From Paragordius varius (Eukaryota > Animalia > Nematomorpha), in assembly GCA_964247055.1 (NCBI GenBank), contig OZ176051.1, positions 10,664,001-10,728,000 of the forward strand: 64,000 nucleotides of DNA. Reading direction: 5' to 3'. Each line of letters opens with the position of its first letter. The stretch's first letter is position 1. Shown piece by piece: positions 1 through 13,915 of the stretch. Below the pieces are notes generated by a model that did not search any database, was not told the DNA's origin, and saw only the letters and a program-made list of their open reading frames with translations. Both the position numbers and the translations under genes were made by a program.

Positions 1-1740
1 CTTCATTTTGACTGGGTACTTTGCCATCAATGCTAACACCAGTTGGTAATTGATTTATGGAAATCTAGTTGATAAGATGAAATACATTTTTATTATAAAA
101 AGTGGTTAAAACAAAAATATATTTATATTTATTTTATCACAATAATTTAGATTAACATACATCATGTGACATTTCTGGAACAAAGCAAACGATAGGATTT
201 GCTGTTTCATCAATGATGGCAGTGCACAACGTGGTTGGACAAGTTGGGCATTTTTTAAGATCGATTTGTAACTAAATACATTATATATCGAGATAAGAAA
301 TAAATTTATTATGGTATTTCGCCAAATGAAAAGGATCATAGTTTTAACCCTTTTTTTACTATAATCAAACCCATTCGAGATCAATATACCTTGGTAAAAA
401 ATTTCATTTCCAAGCGCTAAAACTAATGCGGACATAGAAATCCCTAAACAAAAATTTAAATTTAAATTCAGAAATTTATACATTTGTTTCAATTATCCTT
501 CATCCGTAAAGATATATTTGGGATAGTCATTAACAGTTAGGGTAGAATTCAAGATATTAAGGAATAATTGCCAATATTTTTTTTTATGGAATAAACCAAA
601 GCCTGGTCATGAAATATTTGAATAGTAATATCTTAACACTTACATTACTATCGATGAGAACATTCTTTCCTTTACCGTTTTTGGTGTTATTGGGTTTTAG
701 CGATTGTAAAATGAGTAAATCCTTAACCAAACTGTTTTGAGCTGATCGACTGGGAAAACTCCAAGGGGCTCCGGATGGCAAATATAAATGCTTTCCCTCA
801 ATTATCCACACTAATTTATCACCTTCACGGATGAATTTAACATTCTCCGACCTTAAATCATTGTATATTATTAACATTATGCAGGTATAATTCGAATTCT
901 TTATAAAATATGTATTAAATATATTGTACCATGTACCAAGTTTTTGGACAAAAAATTTTAAGAATAAGATAGATAATTGGCATCGTAAATTTGAGGCAAT
1001 CAAATCTTAAGGGATTTTAAAAGTTAATTGTTAATGCAGAATACCGTGATTGCAAACGATGTCAAAGTTTTAAAAATAGCTAATGCCTTAGACTTCTAAT
1101 ATTAATCATTGCATTATATTTAAGAAAATTTTTTTATAATCTTATATATATGTAAAATGTATTTTCAATCATTATAATTATATCCATGTATTGAACCCCA
1201 ATGATATCCGCTATTTTTGGGATAATTGTGGATCAAATAAATAAGACCTGTAATGGGGCAACTCTCATAATCTAGTCTGGCTATCACTTTTGATTATTAC
1301 TTATAATTATATTCCGTTATTTTCTTACATACAGTCATGAATATTTTATTCTGGCAAGAATTTATTTTTGTTATTTGTGTATTTTTATTTGTTTAAGAAA
1401 AGAGCCCAATGGTATTAATCATATCATATTAATGTAAAAGAGGTGTGAGGGAAGGGCGTCGGAAATCTACGGTGAAAAAATGAAAAAACACTAACAACTA
1501 ACCCTTCACTATAAATTATTGTATAAAAGGGTTGGGAATCGACCACAATGAAATATATCTTGCTTTTTTACAACAATTATCACAGAACATTTAATAGGGT
1601 AAAATAGTAGAAAACTGGTATATTCATATGATTGTTTTTTAAATTTCCCAAAATTGAGCATTTTGAATGGATGAAACGTATTCAGTTTGGTAATACATTT
1701 TTTATAAACGCTATATAATCAATAAATTTCATATGTTTTC

Positions 1741-1778
<38 letters not shown>

Positions 1779-4112
1779 TTGATTACATCATTATATTTTT
1801 TCAGTTAAAATGTTTGTTTAATTAATTGTGATATCTATTAAATAAATAATAATATTTTTTTTTACCTATATATAAAAATTAATTTTTACGTGGCTAAAAT
1901 TCGAAAAAAATAGTAATAAAATTTTGCTAAAAAATTAACATTTTAAGATTAAGGGTTAGTTGTTAGCGTATTTTCATTTTCCAAAGATTTACGACGCCCT
2001 TCTCCCACACTTCCTTTACTTTTTGTTAAATATGATATGGTTAATATTATTGGGCCTTTTCTTTAACAAATCAAAATACATAATTAACAAAAAAAATTTT
2101 TGCCAGAATATTCATAACTGTTATTTATTTTATACAAAAATTACTTTAGATTTACTTTTTAATTGAGTTATTTTTTAACGTAATTATCGGCGGTATTTGT
2201 CACAAAACTATACTTGTGCGAAATCATTTTACTATAGTTGTTTTAACACGACTATCAAACATAATAACTTGCCAAATAAAAATTTGCAGTTGAAAATATA
2301 AGGTATTATAAAGTTAGCTTAGTATATTATTGTCCCTTTTTAGCGATATAATAAACATTTCGAATAAATAGCGGTTAAAATTTATACGAAACAAATATAA
2401 TGCAAGAGAATGCATATTTTAAAATTTGTCCCAATATCAAAGATAATATTTAGATAAATAAAATTTACGGTCGAAAATGGCCCAAAAGGTGAAAAGTCAG
2501 TCAATTTACTTTTACATCCATTTAAGAGTAAAAAAATAGGTCCATTTGCCAGAAAATCAAGGTTATTTAACACTTTTTTCTCCATGACATAAATATTGAA
2601 TATACAAATATTTGTATAGATAAATATTTTGCTTAGTATTTTACAAAAAATATTTTTAATATATAGTTCATAACCTATTTGAACCTAACCTGAATACTAT
2701 ATAATATTTTGGGACATTGTAAATACCATAAATTGCTACAAATATAGCCAATATAAAACAAATAATTCAAGGTAAAGCTTACACATCTTTTAGAACATCG
2801 GGAAAGTTGATAAAATCCTTGAGATGATAAACGCCGGTTTCTTTAACAACTTCACAAATATTTTCCCAATCTAAGTAACATAAGACAAATATTAATAATT
2901 GTCTATAGAGAAAATATTTTTTTTATAAAAAAAAATATTAATACCGTATTGCTGAACGCAAGGTGGAGTTTGTGGAGCTAAAATATATACATAAATTATT
3001 TTAGAACTTTTCTGCAAAAAATTTAAATAGAACTGAGCAATATGTTTAAAAAATATCTAATTTATGGATAGATTTAATTGTTACGAAATCTTACGTCTGT
3101 CGCATTTCGTTAATATAAATTGTATTTCATGATATGTGCCCTCATAAGTTGTTGTATCAGCTGTAGAAACTTTCGTCAAAACTGAATTTGTTATTTCGCG
3201 TGTTACGTCTCCATTAACAATAATTATAGCATTTTGTTCTTGTTTGATATCAATCTACATAGTCGATATAATTTAAAAAATTAATAATATATTTTATGGA
3301 TTAATTTAAAAAATTCCGGTTTTCTAAATAAATTTTTATTACTTTTGTACTGCTGCACTCAATAGTTTCGCATTTTTCGGATAGGGTCAAACCTTCCTCC
3401 TTTAAATAGCAAATTTCTACCGTATCTCGAGCTATGAAATGCAACTAAAATAAAAAATTAATTATATAAAAATAATTAATCATAAAAATACATTCGATTA
3501 TTATTAAAAATTAACAAGTAAATAATTTTAAATAAATAATTTTATTACGTCAGAGTATGCACTTAGGGATGTTTGTATGCCAGCAAGCTCTTGTAGATCG
3601 GCATACTTTTCTTTAAGTAAATGCAACAATGTTGTGGTTGATTGTTTAACTGTGTGCTTACTATAAATCTCATCGGCTGATATTTTAGCTCGTTTGGTAT
3701 GACCGTCATCTAAAATATCCACTCGAATCCTATAATTAATTTATAATTTTATACAATAGAACATATTTTCTTTTACAAAAAATAGATATCAATTATTGTT
3801 TTTACCTTTTAGGTTCTTCCAAATGTTCTCCGAGAATTTTGCAAACGCTATAAGATTTATTGGCATTCACAATGTCACATATATCTAAAAAAGATAATAT
3901 AATTAATTTTGGTTTAACACCATTTTTCGCAATGATAATTTTAGGGTAATGGTTTAAAATAATATTTATAGGATTGTACCTTCAAATTTACAGTTGGAAG
4001 GGTTCACCATCTCATCGTAGTCGTTTTGGGTTTTGATGTTTGGGATTAAGAAAGCTAATCCCAAAAGTAGGATGGTTAAAGGTTTAACTATCTCAAAAAC
4101 CGCTGACGCCAT
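1..4112 (-). CDS. Multi-exon orphan secreted protein with a tandemly repeated Cys-containing domain; runs off the left edge
   Basis: Hand-spliced GT-AG exons in consistent phase: 4112-3980, 3884-3806, 3729-3549, 3444-3343, 3254-3095, 2977-2945, 2870-2783, 2735-2690 (274 codons, no stop). Probable further phase-0 exon 64-1 (ISINQLPTGVSIDGKVPSQNE) and a possible exon at ~2579-2469 with a weak acceptor. N-terminus MASAVFEIVKPLTILLLGLAFLIPNIKTQ looks like a signal peptide. No family recognised. Confidence 0.8.
106..1260 (-). pseudogene. Decayed intronless ionotropic-receptor/iGluR-like sequence
   Basis: Broken frames give motifs in IR-like order: GFNTWI (PF..W start of M1), IASNLRCQLS (YxxNL end of M3), KFIREGDKLVWIIE (S2 lobe), GFGLFHKKKYW, then hydrophobic LGISMSALVLALGNE (M4). 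Contains stops and frameshifts. Assignment by eye only. Confidence 0.3.
1332..2120. mobile_element. Tc1/mariner-type MITE with ~175-bp terminal inverted repeats
   Basis: 1332-1505 (TA|CAGTCATGAATATT...AACAACTAACCCTT) is the reverse complement of ~1950-2120 (AAGGGTTAGTTGTT...TTCATAACTG). Non-coding AT-rich centre containing (TA)16. Confidence 0.7.
1744..1775. repeat. (TA)16 microsatellite
   Basis: Read directly from the sequence. Confidence 0.95.
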
Positions 4113-5143
4113 TTCTTTTTTATAACTTTTTTTCAGTTAATTTTTATCAACTAACCTTTTATTAATTGTCTCAAAGAAATATAATAAATTTTGGATGAAA
4201 TTCAAAGCAGATATTAGATAAGCTATAGAAAATTCAAATTAAAAAAATTATATATAAAAAATATTATATGAATGGTCCACCCTTATTTATCACTATTTAT
4301 ACAAGGTATAGGGCCCTATAATGGTGTAGGGTGTATAGCAAACATTAAAGCTTAGCAATTTCCTGTTCACTCCAATTTTTACTACCATCATATATTTTTA
4401 TGTATATTTACATTGTATGAGCGTTTGACAATGTTTATTTATGTATGTTTGATCAAGGTCAAATCGCACATAATTTAGCCCCTTGTCGTTTTAATGTTAA
4501 TTTATACACTATATAACTCAAAAAAGCTGGAGTTACATAGATAGCTTTATTCGATATAATGGATGGCAAATAAAAAAGCAAACATTAATTTATGTTGAAA
4601 TAGTAAGTTAGTTTATCTTCAAAATTTTAAACTATTAAATTTAGCTATGTAATTTTATTATTTGAATAATTAAACCAGATAGCTTTTTAAATTTCATTTT
4701 AATCTAATTTAAAATGGTTTCATATTATATGTGTTTCTAAAACAGCGTACTTCTAATGATGAGAAAAATTATGAATTTTTTTAATTTCGGCAGAAAGGAG
4801 CGAAATTTCACTAATTTAGTTAATAAAGTTTCGTTATATATGTTTACATTTAGTAATCGGGAAAAAACGAGAAATTGATCCATATTATTTCTATATCTTT
4901 AGCATTTTAATTATTAGACCTTATATACCTACCATATTTGCGTTTATTAAAATATCAAATATCAGTGGCCGAATATTTAATTTCGTTTTGACTTAAACGG
5001 GTTCTCAACACATAACTTTGTGATTGCTCGTTTTTGTCGGGGGCTTAACTTTTCAAAAACTGTAGGGATATCATACGCCTCAAGAATTATTCCAAATGAA
5101 AACTCCAGTAAGGGTTATATTTTGTATAATTGGAATATATATA

Positions 5144-5798
5144 CACAGCGTCCAACATCAGGGCTTAACAAAAACCCGATGAAATATATACATTCTGATA
5201 TAGGAAAATGTATCAAGATCATCATGGTGCTTTTGGTTTTGGTTCTTAGGAGTGATATAAGAAAGTTATATTTTTGTGCTAAGTGCTCCATATCAGAAAG
5301 TGGCAAAATTTGCGCACATTTTTAAAAACTACCTATAAAAGGCAAAACAATATTTTGAAAATATTTTAAAATTGGCTTGTTTAAACGCAAAAATGCCGGG
5401 ATTGCGCGATAAAATTTTTAATATGCTAACTGTTGACATCGAAAAAAAATTATTAAAAAAATGTATACTGTTTACAAAAAATTAATTTTTAACAAAATAT
5501 TGTTGAAGCGTACTTCTATTTTTAGGCATGATGAAACGAAACGCTTGAAAATATTATAAAAACACTTTTTCTATATAATTTGATGATGCTGAACATATCT
5601 ATCGTTTCATAATTTTAATTGAAAGCCTCGTTTGCTTCGAAATTTTTATATATTAATCAAAATTTTGTAATAGAAATGTTCATCATCATCAAATTATATA
5701 GAAAAGGTGTTTTTCTAATTTTTTAAAGCGTTATACCGTTTTCACTATGCCTAGGAATAGGTTGAAGTACGCTTTAACAAATTGCTACAAACTTAGAG

Positions 5799-5834
<36 letters not shown>

Positions 5835-6040
5835 TGATATTTTTTGGAAGGGGGGATTTATCTTTCACCAAAAAATTTTTATTACAGAAAGTGTGCTTAA
5901 ATTTTGCCATTTTCTGATATGGAGTACTTAGTACAAAATTTTTAATTACACTCGTAAAGACCAAAATCAAAAGCACCATGATAATCCTGATACGTTTTTC
6001 TATCAGAATATATATATTTTATCAGGTTATTTTTTACCCT
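5144..6040. mobile_element. Foldback MITE family A, copy 1
   Basis: Left arm (CACAGCGTCCA...ATCATGGTGCTTTTGGT...GAAGCGTACTTC) is mirrored by right arm (GAAGTACGCTT...AAAAGCACCATGATAATCCTGATAC). The right arm is shortened around a (TA)14 tract at 5803-5830. Ends approximate. Confidence 0.75.
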
Positions 6041-7649
6041 CTAATTTCAAACGCAGCGTTATTTAGACATTATTGGTAAAATAGATAGACATCAATTATA
6101 AATTTACAATCATTTTTAACCTGAGCTTTATTCAAAAAAACATTAACAAACATCCACTCAATTTTACTAGCACATACTCATATATAGGGTTAAGTTAAAA
6201 CCGAATTTTTTTAGGGCGTATCCGCGAGATATATATAATTATTAAAATTAAGGGAAACTTTTCATCATAAATTATATTTGTATTTTACGATTTTACTCAG
6301 TGAACTTAACAAAGATAAGTTAAATTTATATATCTATGTCTCTAAGTTTATATATTTTAAAATAAATTCAGATCATGATATATTTGGCGTCCAAATTTTT
6401 GCTTAATTGTTACAATTTAATCATATGAAATAATATTCAATTTTAAATACCTAATTATATATCAGAGTATCAATTTTAAGAGTATTTGTCTATTTTTAAC
6501 TTATGTAAAATTGCATTTAATGACAGAAAGTATTGGGTTTATTAAATAAATTAATAAATGAGTTATTTTTGGATTTGGGAGTTATATAATAACTAATAAA
6601 TATAACTGCTGATAAATTATATAAAATTATTGATATATTATTATAATATCATTTGCGACAAACCAAAAATATTATTTACAAGTCAAAGTCATGTAAACAT
6701 TTATGTTTACATAACATATTTTAACCTTTTGATATATTTTTAAATATATGTATTCATTGACAACAATTTAGTCTATAGCCCTTCGACACTTTGATTCAAA
6801 TTGAGGTAACTAAATAGCCCGAGTAATATTTAAGTTGACATTTTTAAACTACTGAAAGAAACGGTTTTAATATAAATTATGCTTCGATTCTAATAAAATC
6901 TATATAAATAAGCCAAAATATTCGAATAAAATTTAGTTAAAAAAGTTTCGTAACAAAGTACTTCAACATTTTTATTTTTACAACATTTTAGAAAAATTTC
7001 GTGTTTTGATTCAAAAATTAATTTAGGTTTGCCTATTTATTAAAATCACATTTAACATTTAACCAGAAAAAGTGGTATATTTTGCATTATTTTTATATTT
7101 AACTTAATATATGTCATGTTGGCTAATAAAGAATATCATTTGAATAAATATTTTTATCGGTTCATTAATGTTATAGCAAACTTTTGCCATGGTGTCAATT
7201 TTTACTGTATTTTTAGAAGCATTTAATTTTGAACTAGCCTGAGTATCCGAAGACTTTAATTTGGATCGAATGACTGAAATGAATGTCTCAAGTGTTAAAT
7301 ATATTAATAAATGGGCATTTGTTTTTTGAAATTAACATACCAAGCTACTTGACTCTATTTTTATTTTGCAACATTTTTGCATATTTTAACTTGCTTATCC
7401 ATAATATATGTGATATCGAGTTTTAAATAAATCTTTTATATTTCGGTGCGTGCAAAATTTAGCAATGGTTTTAATTACTGTATATTTTTTAAAAAAATTA
7501 AATTTAAACAGGTCTGAGCTTCCCATAGATCCCGATTTAAATCGGAAGACTGAAATGAATGTGCTGTAACCAAGTGTCATACAATTGTTAAATTTGATTG
7601 GTATATAAATTTATAAAAACATATAATATTTGATTTTTTATTTTTGGCA

Positions 7650-9450
7650 CATTTTGAGGGTATATTGGATCGGAAAAGCGCTGGTTGATTAGTATCAGCT
7701 ATTTATGCCGATACATTAAGAGATACGTAAATAACCTTTTCTTTTGATGACAGTGTTTAAGCACAGTAAGTATTTTTTATCTATCATATTTCTATTGGCG
7801 GTTACAATATAAATGGCTCAAGCAGTAGGATTATTATAGATATTTTATTAGATTAACCATCAAATTTTGGAAAAAAATGGCAAAAAATATAACTACCATT
7901 TATTTCACCAATTTTTGATAGTTCTTTTGGAAATACTTATGAAAATTGTTTAAATATGAATTTCACAAGATTTGTGAACATTTTTTTTAAATTGCAAAAA
8001 TTTTTATATCAGGTTTTCCAAATATTTTGCGAGCGGCACATAAATATCTCTGAGGGCCGCGTCTTAGACACCTCTTCTTAAACAACCTTTTTGAACTGTA
8101 TTTCAATCGAATAGTGATAACTTTAACCTTTGATATGTATATCTATGTATTGTTAAATAGGTTAGAATAAAAATATGTTTTATCTGAATATATTATGAAG
8201 AGCAATTATTTGTTTATAAATAGATTTGTTCCAAAATTTTACTTATCTTTCTGAATTTACAGGTTATACAACATTTGTACATTAGATATAAAAAAATATC
8301 AAGGTCATGTTTTATCGATGATGTAATATTGTTTATTTAACTATCCTCAATAATAACTTTGGCCATGACTTGTGTGGAAATTTAGATTTAGTAAATTAAT
8401 TTTGTTCAAAACTGTAAAAATAAAAATAATTATATCAATTATTTATGGAAATATTCTAGGCTTTTTTGAAGTATTTAATGCAGCACCTTTTGAAACAGTC
8501 GCGTCTATTAAATCCTTTATTTCTGTCGCTAAATAATAAATTTGAATAGCTGAAGTAACTTGTCTGAAATAACACAGTTTGACAAATTTAAAGATTATAT
8601 TTGGGCTATTAACCCTTTCACTAGTACTTTAATTAATCCTTTTGAAAGTTGTATTTCTTTCACTTTAACACTGCACTATTTTTTGTGTCCTGTTAGGTTA
8701 AGTTGTATGTTCTATTATTCGGGGTGGATTCTAACCCTAAACGTAGAAAGTTATCAAGGCTACTATTTATTTCTCCCTAATCATAAGGGGGATTTAGCAA
8801 TTATATTATAGGTATCAGCAGAATTTGCTTGCATTTTTGTGATCAGGTAGATATCCACCTTTTAAATTTTTTTGAAAAGATTATTATTTATATCATGGAG
8901 CAATCACATATAAAATTACTATTATCATGAACTCATTTGGAAATTTTAAGTTCAAATAATATATGTTTTAAGTACATAGCTATACAATAACAAAATAATT
9001 TATCATTTTGTAAGATTAGAAAATAATCGTTCAAAGTCACTTCTAATTTTTCGTTAAATATCTTTTGGATAAAAGGCTGCTTGACTTTTGGACAAATATT
9101 ATATTATTATCATTTAAAATAATATTCCAACAATGATAAAATGGTGGATACACATCACTTTAGTATTCCTAGTTTTTCAAGCAAGAATGGTGTGTTCAAA
9201 TCATCTTAAAATAGTTAAAACAGGTATGGGGGCAAATAATATTCATTTATGTGTAAATTTCTGAATGTAATGCTAATAAGGGATTTTATGCTAAATTTTC
9301 AGGGCCGGGAAAGTAACCGGTTCTTAACGACTTTAAATAATTTGTGGCAACCTAATGATTAGAAATCAAATTAGTTCCATATTATAATCTGCTAATATGG
9401 CATCGGGCATACTGAAGCTGCATATTTGTCTAAATTATAATTATTTGATT
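7650..9450 (+). pseudogene. Decayed exons with cadherin-like and FN3-like motifs (5' block)
   Basis: Fragments: GFFEVFNAAPFETVASIKS (8460), VKLYVLLFGVDSNPKRRKLSRLLFI (8697; cadherin F/G strands), VTSNFSLNIFWIKGCLTFGQILYYHLK* (9030; FN3 A-C strands), TTLNNLWQPND* and YGIGHTEA (9320-9430). Plausible splice sites but in-frame stops. Confidence 0.4.
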
Positions 9451-10100
9451 TAGATATAAGCTTGAATTCCTAATTCAAATTACGAATTTAATTAAAAGTA
9501 TTTTATAAAGCTTTTTTATAATCTCTATATGTTTATATGATAAGGGTTATTATTAAAACAAAATTTATATATTTTATAAGTTTATAGGTAAGGTGACCAG
9601 ACGTCCCGCTTTTGGCGGGACAATCCCGCTTTTTCACACTTTGTCCCGCGTCCCGCTACGTTTTTAAAATGTCCCACTTTTTCACGATTATATAAAAAAA
9701 AAATTTTTTCAATACAAATAAAGTTTTTTTATCCGTTTAAAATTTTTATCATTAAATATCTTTAATATCTATACAAATTTTTAACTAAAATTTTTTATTT
9801 TTAAATAAAAATATTTTTTTTTCGAATTTATATCGTATGATTATACACTTTCCTTGCTACTACTACGGTCATCATTATCAAAAAGACAAATTTATACCAC
9901 AAATCGGTACCTTACACGTTTATTCCAGAAATAATATTTATTATACCAATTTTTTAGTTTTATTACTTCCCAACATTAGCCAAATTGATACCACAAATTG
10001 GTAGCTTATAAGACAAATTGATACCATAAATCCGTACCTTACACGTTTATTTCAGAAAATTAAGTTAATATAACATTTATACTAATAGTTGTTCATAAAT

Positions 10101-13030
10101 ATGAGCACAAAAAGAGCTTGTAACAACGATGAATTAATGAAAGATTTTCCTTTTATCAAAAAAACGAAGAATGAATCATCTGTTAAATGTCTTATATGCG
10201 AGGGGGAATTCACCCTAGCACATGGCGGCAAGCATGATATTACAAAGCATATGGAAACACAGAAACATAAAAAATGTTTAGATATGGCGGCATCATTTTA
10301 CAAAATGATCGATTTATATCGAAAAACCGCTTTTGGAGAGGAAGAAAAGAATTTGGCACTAGCTGAGGGCGTGATATCTTTTCAAACTGTTAATCACAAT
10401 CATTCCTTTAGATCTATGGACTGTACTTCACAGGTTATTCGCACGTTATTCCATAAAAAATTACATGTGCCCGTACAAAGGCTGAAGCCATTGTGTGCAA
10501 TGTCCTTTCGCCATATGCATTTTCTGAAATACAAAAAGATTTGCTGAAAATTAATTTCTTATCCCTAACTGCATCAAATCACCATGAAACAAAATTACTT
10601 TAATAAGATATTTTGATTCAGAAACCGGAGTAAAAATTAAAATTTTATATTTAATTTATCTACTCGGTGAAAATTCCGAAATAATATTTACTTCAATAAC
10701 ACTGGACAACAAATTTTTCTGCCACTCGAGTTTTTTGAATTTTCTGATATTTAGTGTCATTTTAACAAAAACTGAAATAAAAATTATAACTCGTTGGAAG
10801 AATTTTGTGTAATTTAATTTTTTTGATTATGCGCCCTCTTTATCAAAATTTTATTAAAAATATTTTTCTTTAAAAATATACAAGTAATGCCCATTTGTAA
10901 TATATCATTCGAAAGAGTAATAAAAACTATAAAATTTATACTAATATGTATTACATCGACTGTTAATATTGGACACAAAGAGCGAGAAACGCGCGAAGCG
11001 AGAGCATTTTTTTTAATTATTATATTTTTAAAACTAATGGATGAAAATAGCTCAAACTTTGTTTAGATGGTGATGAATGTCCAAAAAAGATAACACAAGA
11101 AAGTTTTTTTGATTAAAACATTTTTTATTGCTTTTATGTCACTCAAAACAACCATTTTTAAGTTTTTTGTTTTTTAAAAATTACCATCCCATAAATATTA
11201 ATTTATTTTCTTTATAAGGCTGATAATTTCGAAATTTTAAAGATAAAAACAAAGTTTAAGGTATTTTTGATCTTTTATAGCCATTATGAAATAAATTTAC
11301 AGTTATAACTATGCATTTTAGTATCCACTAGGTAAAATATTTATGATAATAATAATTTTTATTAAAAAAGCAAACCAAAAGCTTTTTCAAACATTTTTAG
11401 AATTAAATATTAATATAACCCTAATAATTATATTAAAATAATTTATATGATTTTCAAATTAGTTTGTCTGTGAAAATTCTTGACTTATTTAACGATTGAA
11501 AATTTCGACCATTTAAATCCAAATAACTTTTACATCCGATTGATTTAAATGATTACTATCATTTAAAAGATGCAGTTTTTTGCGCTCTTTCGAATGATAT
11601 AAAATACATGGCTTCATATCTAAAACTTTTAATTTTCGAAATTTCGAGTTTAATGTTAAATCGGGGCCAAAAATTATCGATAAACTCTAATATAAAAAAA
11701 TTCTTCCATGCTAGACCAATTTTCTTTTCAGATATACTAATTATGTACTTTAATGAAATAAATTTTAAATTTACAAGAATGGCAGTTAAAAAAGTTAAAA
11801 TTTGTTGTCTAGTGTAATGCATATTCTAGAAAAAAATAATTTAAAAGACAAAATTATCGCATGTTGAGCTGACAACACCAATACGAACTTTCTTGGAAAA
11901 GCAAGGAGGGGAACAAAAAATATTTTTCACAAATTAACAAAGAATCTTAATCAAAACATTATTGGCGTTGGGTGTGCAAACGCTATTCAAACAGCTGCTG
12001 ATTTGTAACCCCTAGATGTGGAAAATGTAGTTGTTAAAATTATTTTTATATATACACGGTACGTGTTGAAACGCTCAAAGAATTCTGTGAAAATGCAGAA
12101 GTTCAATATCAAAAAATGCTTGGATATTGTAAAACTCGTTGGTTAGCTTTTATGCCAGCTATCAAAAGAATTTTAAAAATGTCTGATCCTTTAAAATCTT
12201 TTTTTATCACAGGACAAATGTCATACAACTTTAAAATTTTTTTATGAAAGTGATTCTTCAAAAATATGGTTAGAATTCTTACATAATCAAGCTTCTCTCT
12301 TTCAAAATGATATAAATTAATAGAAGGTGACAAAATTTCGGCAATCGGAGTAGCCAGTGAAGTTAGTAACCTAAAATTCCAATGTCAAGAACGGTTAAAA
12401 AATAATTTTATACCATTAACCATCCGCAATATAATAATTTAGAAAAACAAGGCTTAATAAATCGTCAAGATATCCTGTACCATATAAAAATGTTTTATAC
12501 AAACTGTAAAGATTATTTGGAAGACTGGACGACGCAATTCAATGAAATTGATCATTTTCATTGGATAACATTAAAATCAGAATTTAATTGGTGCGATGAA
12601 AAATCGTTTGATTATATCTGCTCCCAAAAATTTTCAAAAAATAATCTTTCAGAAAATGATCTTTTTTCTGAAGTATCATTAGTTTAAAGATATATTACTA
12701 ATGAAAAACTTATGTGGACAAAAGAAAAATATACAGCAGTAAAGAAATGGTTGAAAATATTTCATCATTTTGAAGCCAACTATATTACATACAATAATAT
12801 TTTAAAAATTGTGGAATTCGCACTATCTTTACCTGGAACCAACGCCGCTACTGAGTGCGTTTTTTCCACAGTAAATCAGGTGTGGACATCGTAAAAATCA
12901 AATTTAAATGTTGAAACTTTAAAGGCCGTTTTATCTGTCAAATATAATTTGACAAATTCTTATGAAGACTTCTACAATATTTTAAAAATGATTACAATCT
13001 GCTTAAACGCATTCACTAAACAAAAAATAT
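10101..13030 (+). pseudogene. hAT transposase pseudogene
   Basis: N-terminal zinc finger CLIC...HGGKHDITKHMETQKH; ADNTNTNF and GVGC core; KTRWLAFMPAIKRIL; C-terminal dimerisation motif ALSLPGTNAATECVFS. Several stops and frameshifts, and split by an insertion at 10700-11814. Confidence 0.9.
10700..11814. mobile_element. Non-autonomous TIR element (Chapaev3/CMC-like) nested in the hAT transposase
   Basis: TIRs CACTGGACAACAAATTTT and AAAATTTGTTGTCTAGTG with a 3-bp TSD TAA on both sides. Removing it plus one TAA restores the frame GENSEIIFTSI-MHILEKNNLKDK. Confidence 0.85.
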
Positions 13031-13034
13031 ACCA

Positions 13035-13915
13035 AAGAATAAAATATTTTCTTTAAAGTTTTTATGTTACAAAATCAAAATTACTTAAAATATTGTATAA
13101 GTCTTCATAATTTGTCAAATTATATTTGAACACATAAAATTGCTTTTATTCAACATTTAAATTTGATTCCGTGTCCTTACTTAATTTACTGTGGGAAAAC
13201 GCGTTTAATAGCAGTGGTTCAGGTAAAGATAATGCAAATTCTATAATTAAAATAATATTATATGGAACATAATTTGTTTAAAAATGATTATTTAAACCAT
13301 TTCTATCCTACGTATTTTTTTCTGTTCTCCATAATATAAGTTTTCATTCAATATATTTATTTAATAATGAGACTTCATAAAAAAGTGTCATTGTCCACCG
13401 TCTTGTCTTCCATATAATCGTTTCTGTTTGTATAAAACATATTTATAATTTGGCTATTCACTGAGCCTTGTTTTTCTGGATGCTTTATAATATTGCGATT
13501 AGGTAATGGTATAAAATTATTTTCTAACTTTTTTGACTTAGAATTTTGACCTTTGTCCTATGATAAAAAATAGGATTCTAGGAGATCACATTTTTATAAA
13601 TATTACAATCGCTGGCAAAAGAGCTAACCACAGTTCTACAATATCCAAGCATTTTAACATCTATATTTTCCACATTTAGGGGTAACAAATCAGTAGCTGT
13701 TTGAATAGCGTTGTGTATCTGCCAATAATGTTTTGATTAAGATTATTCGCTAAATTGTTAAAAATATTTTTTGTGCCGCTTCTTCTATCACCCAGCGCAC
13801 TTTGTGATGATTTCGTTTTTATTATTTTTTTCTAGAATATTACAATCACTTCCCCCTTTGTTCGTGCACATGTAAATTTATTGAATAAGGTACAAACAAC
13901 CTGTGAGGTACAAAT
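13035..13915 (-). pseudogene. Inverted, internally deleted second copy of the same hAT transposase inside the element
   Basis: Reverse complement matches 10420-10500, 11820-12170, 12370-12440 and 12800-13000. Example: AATCTTAATCAAAACATTATTGGC occurs at ~11943 (+) and ~13720 (-). Confidence 0.85.
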
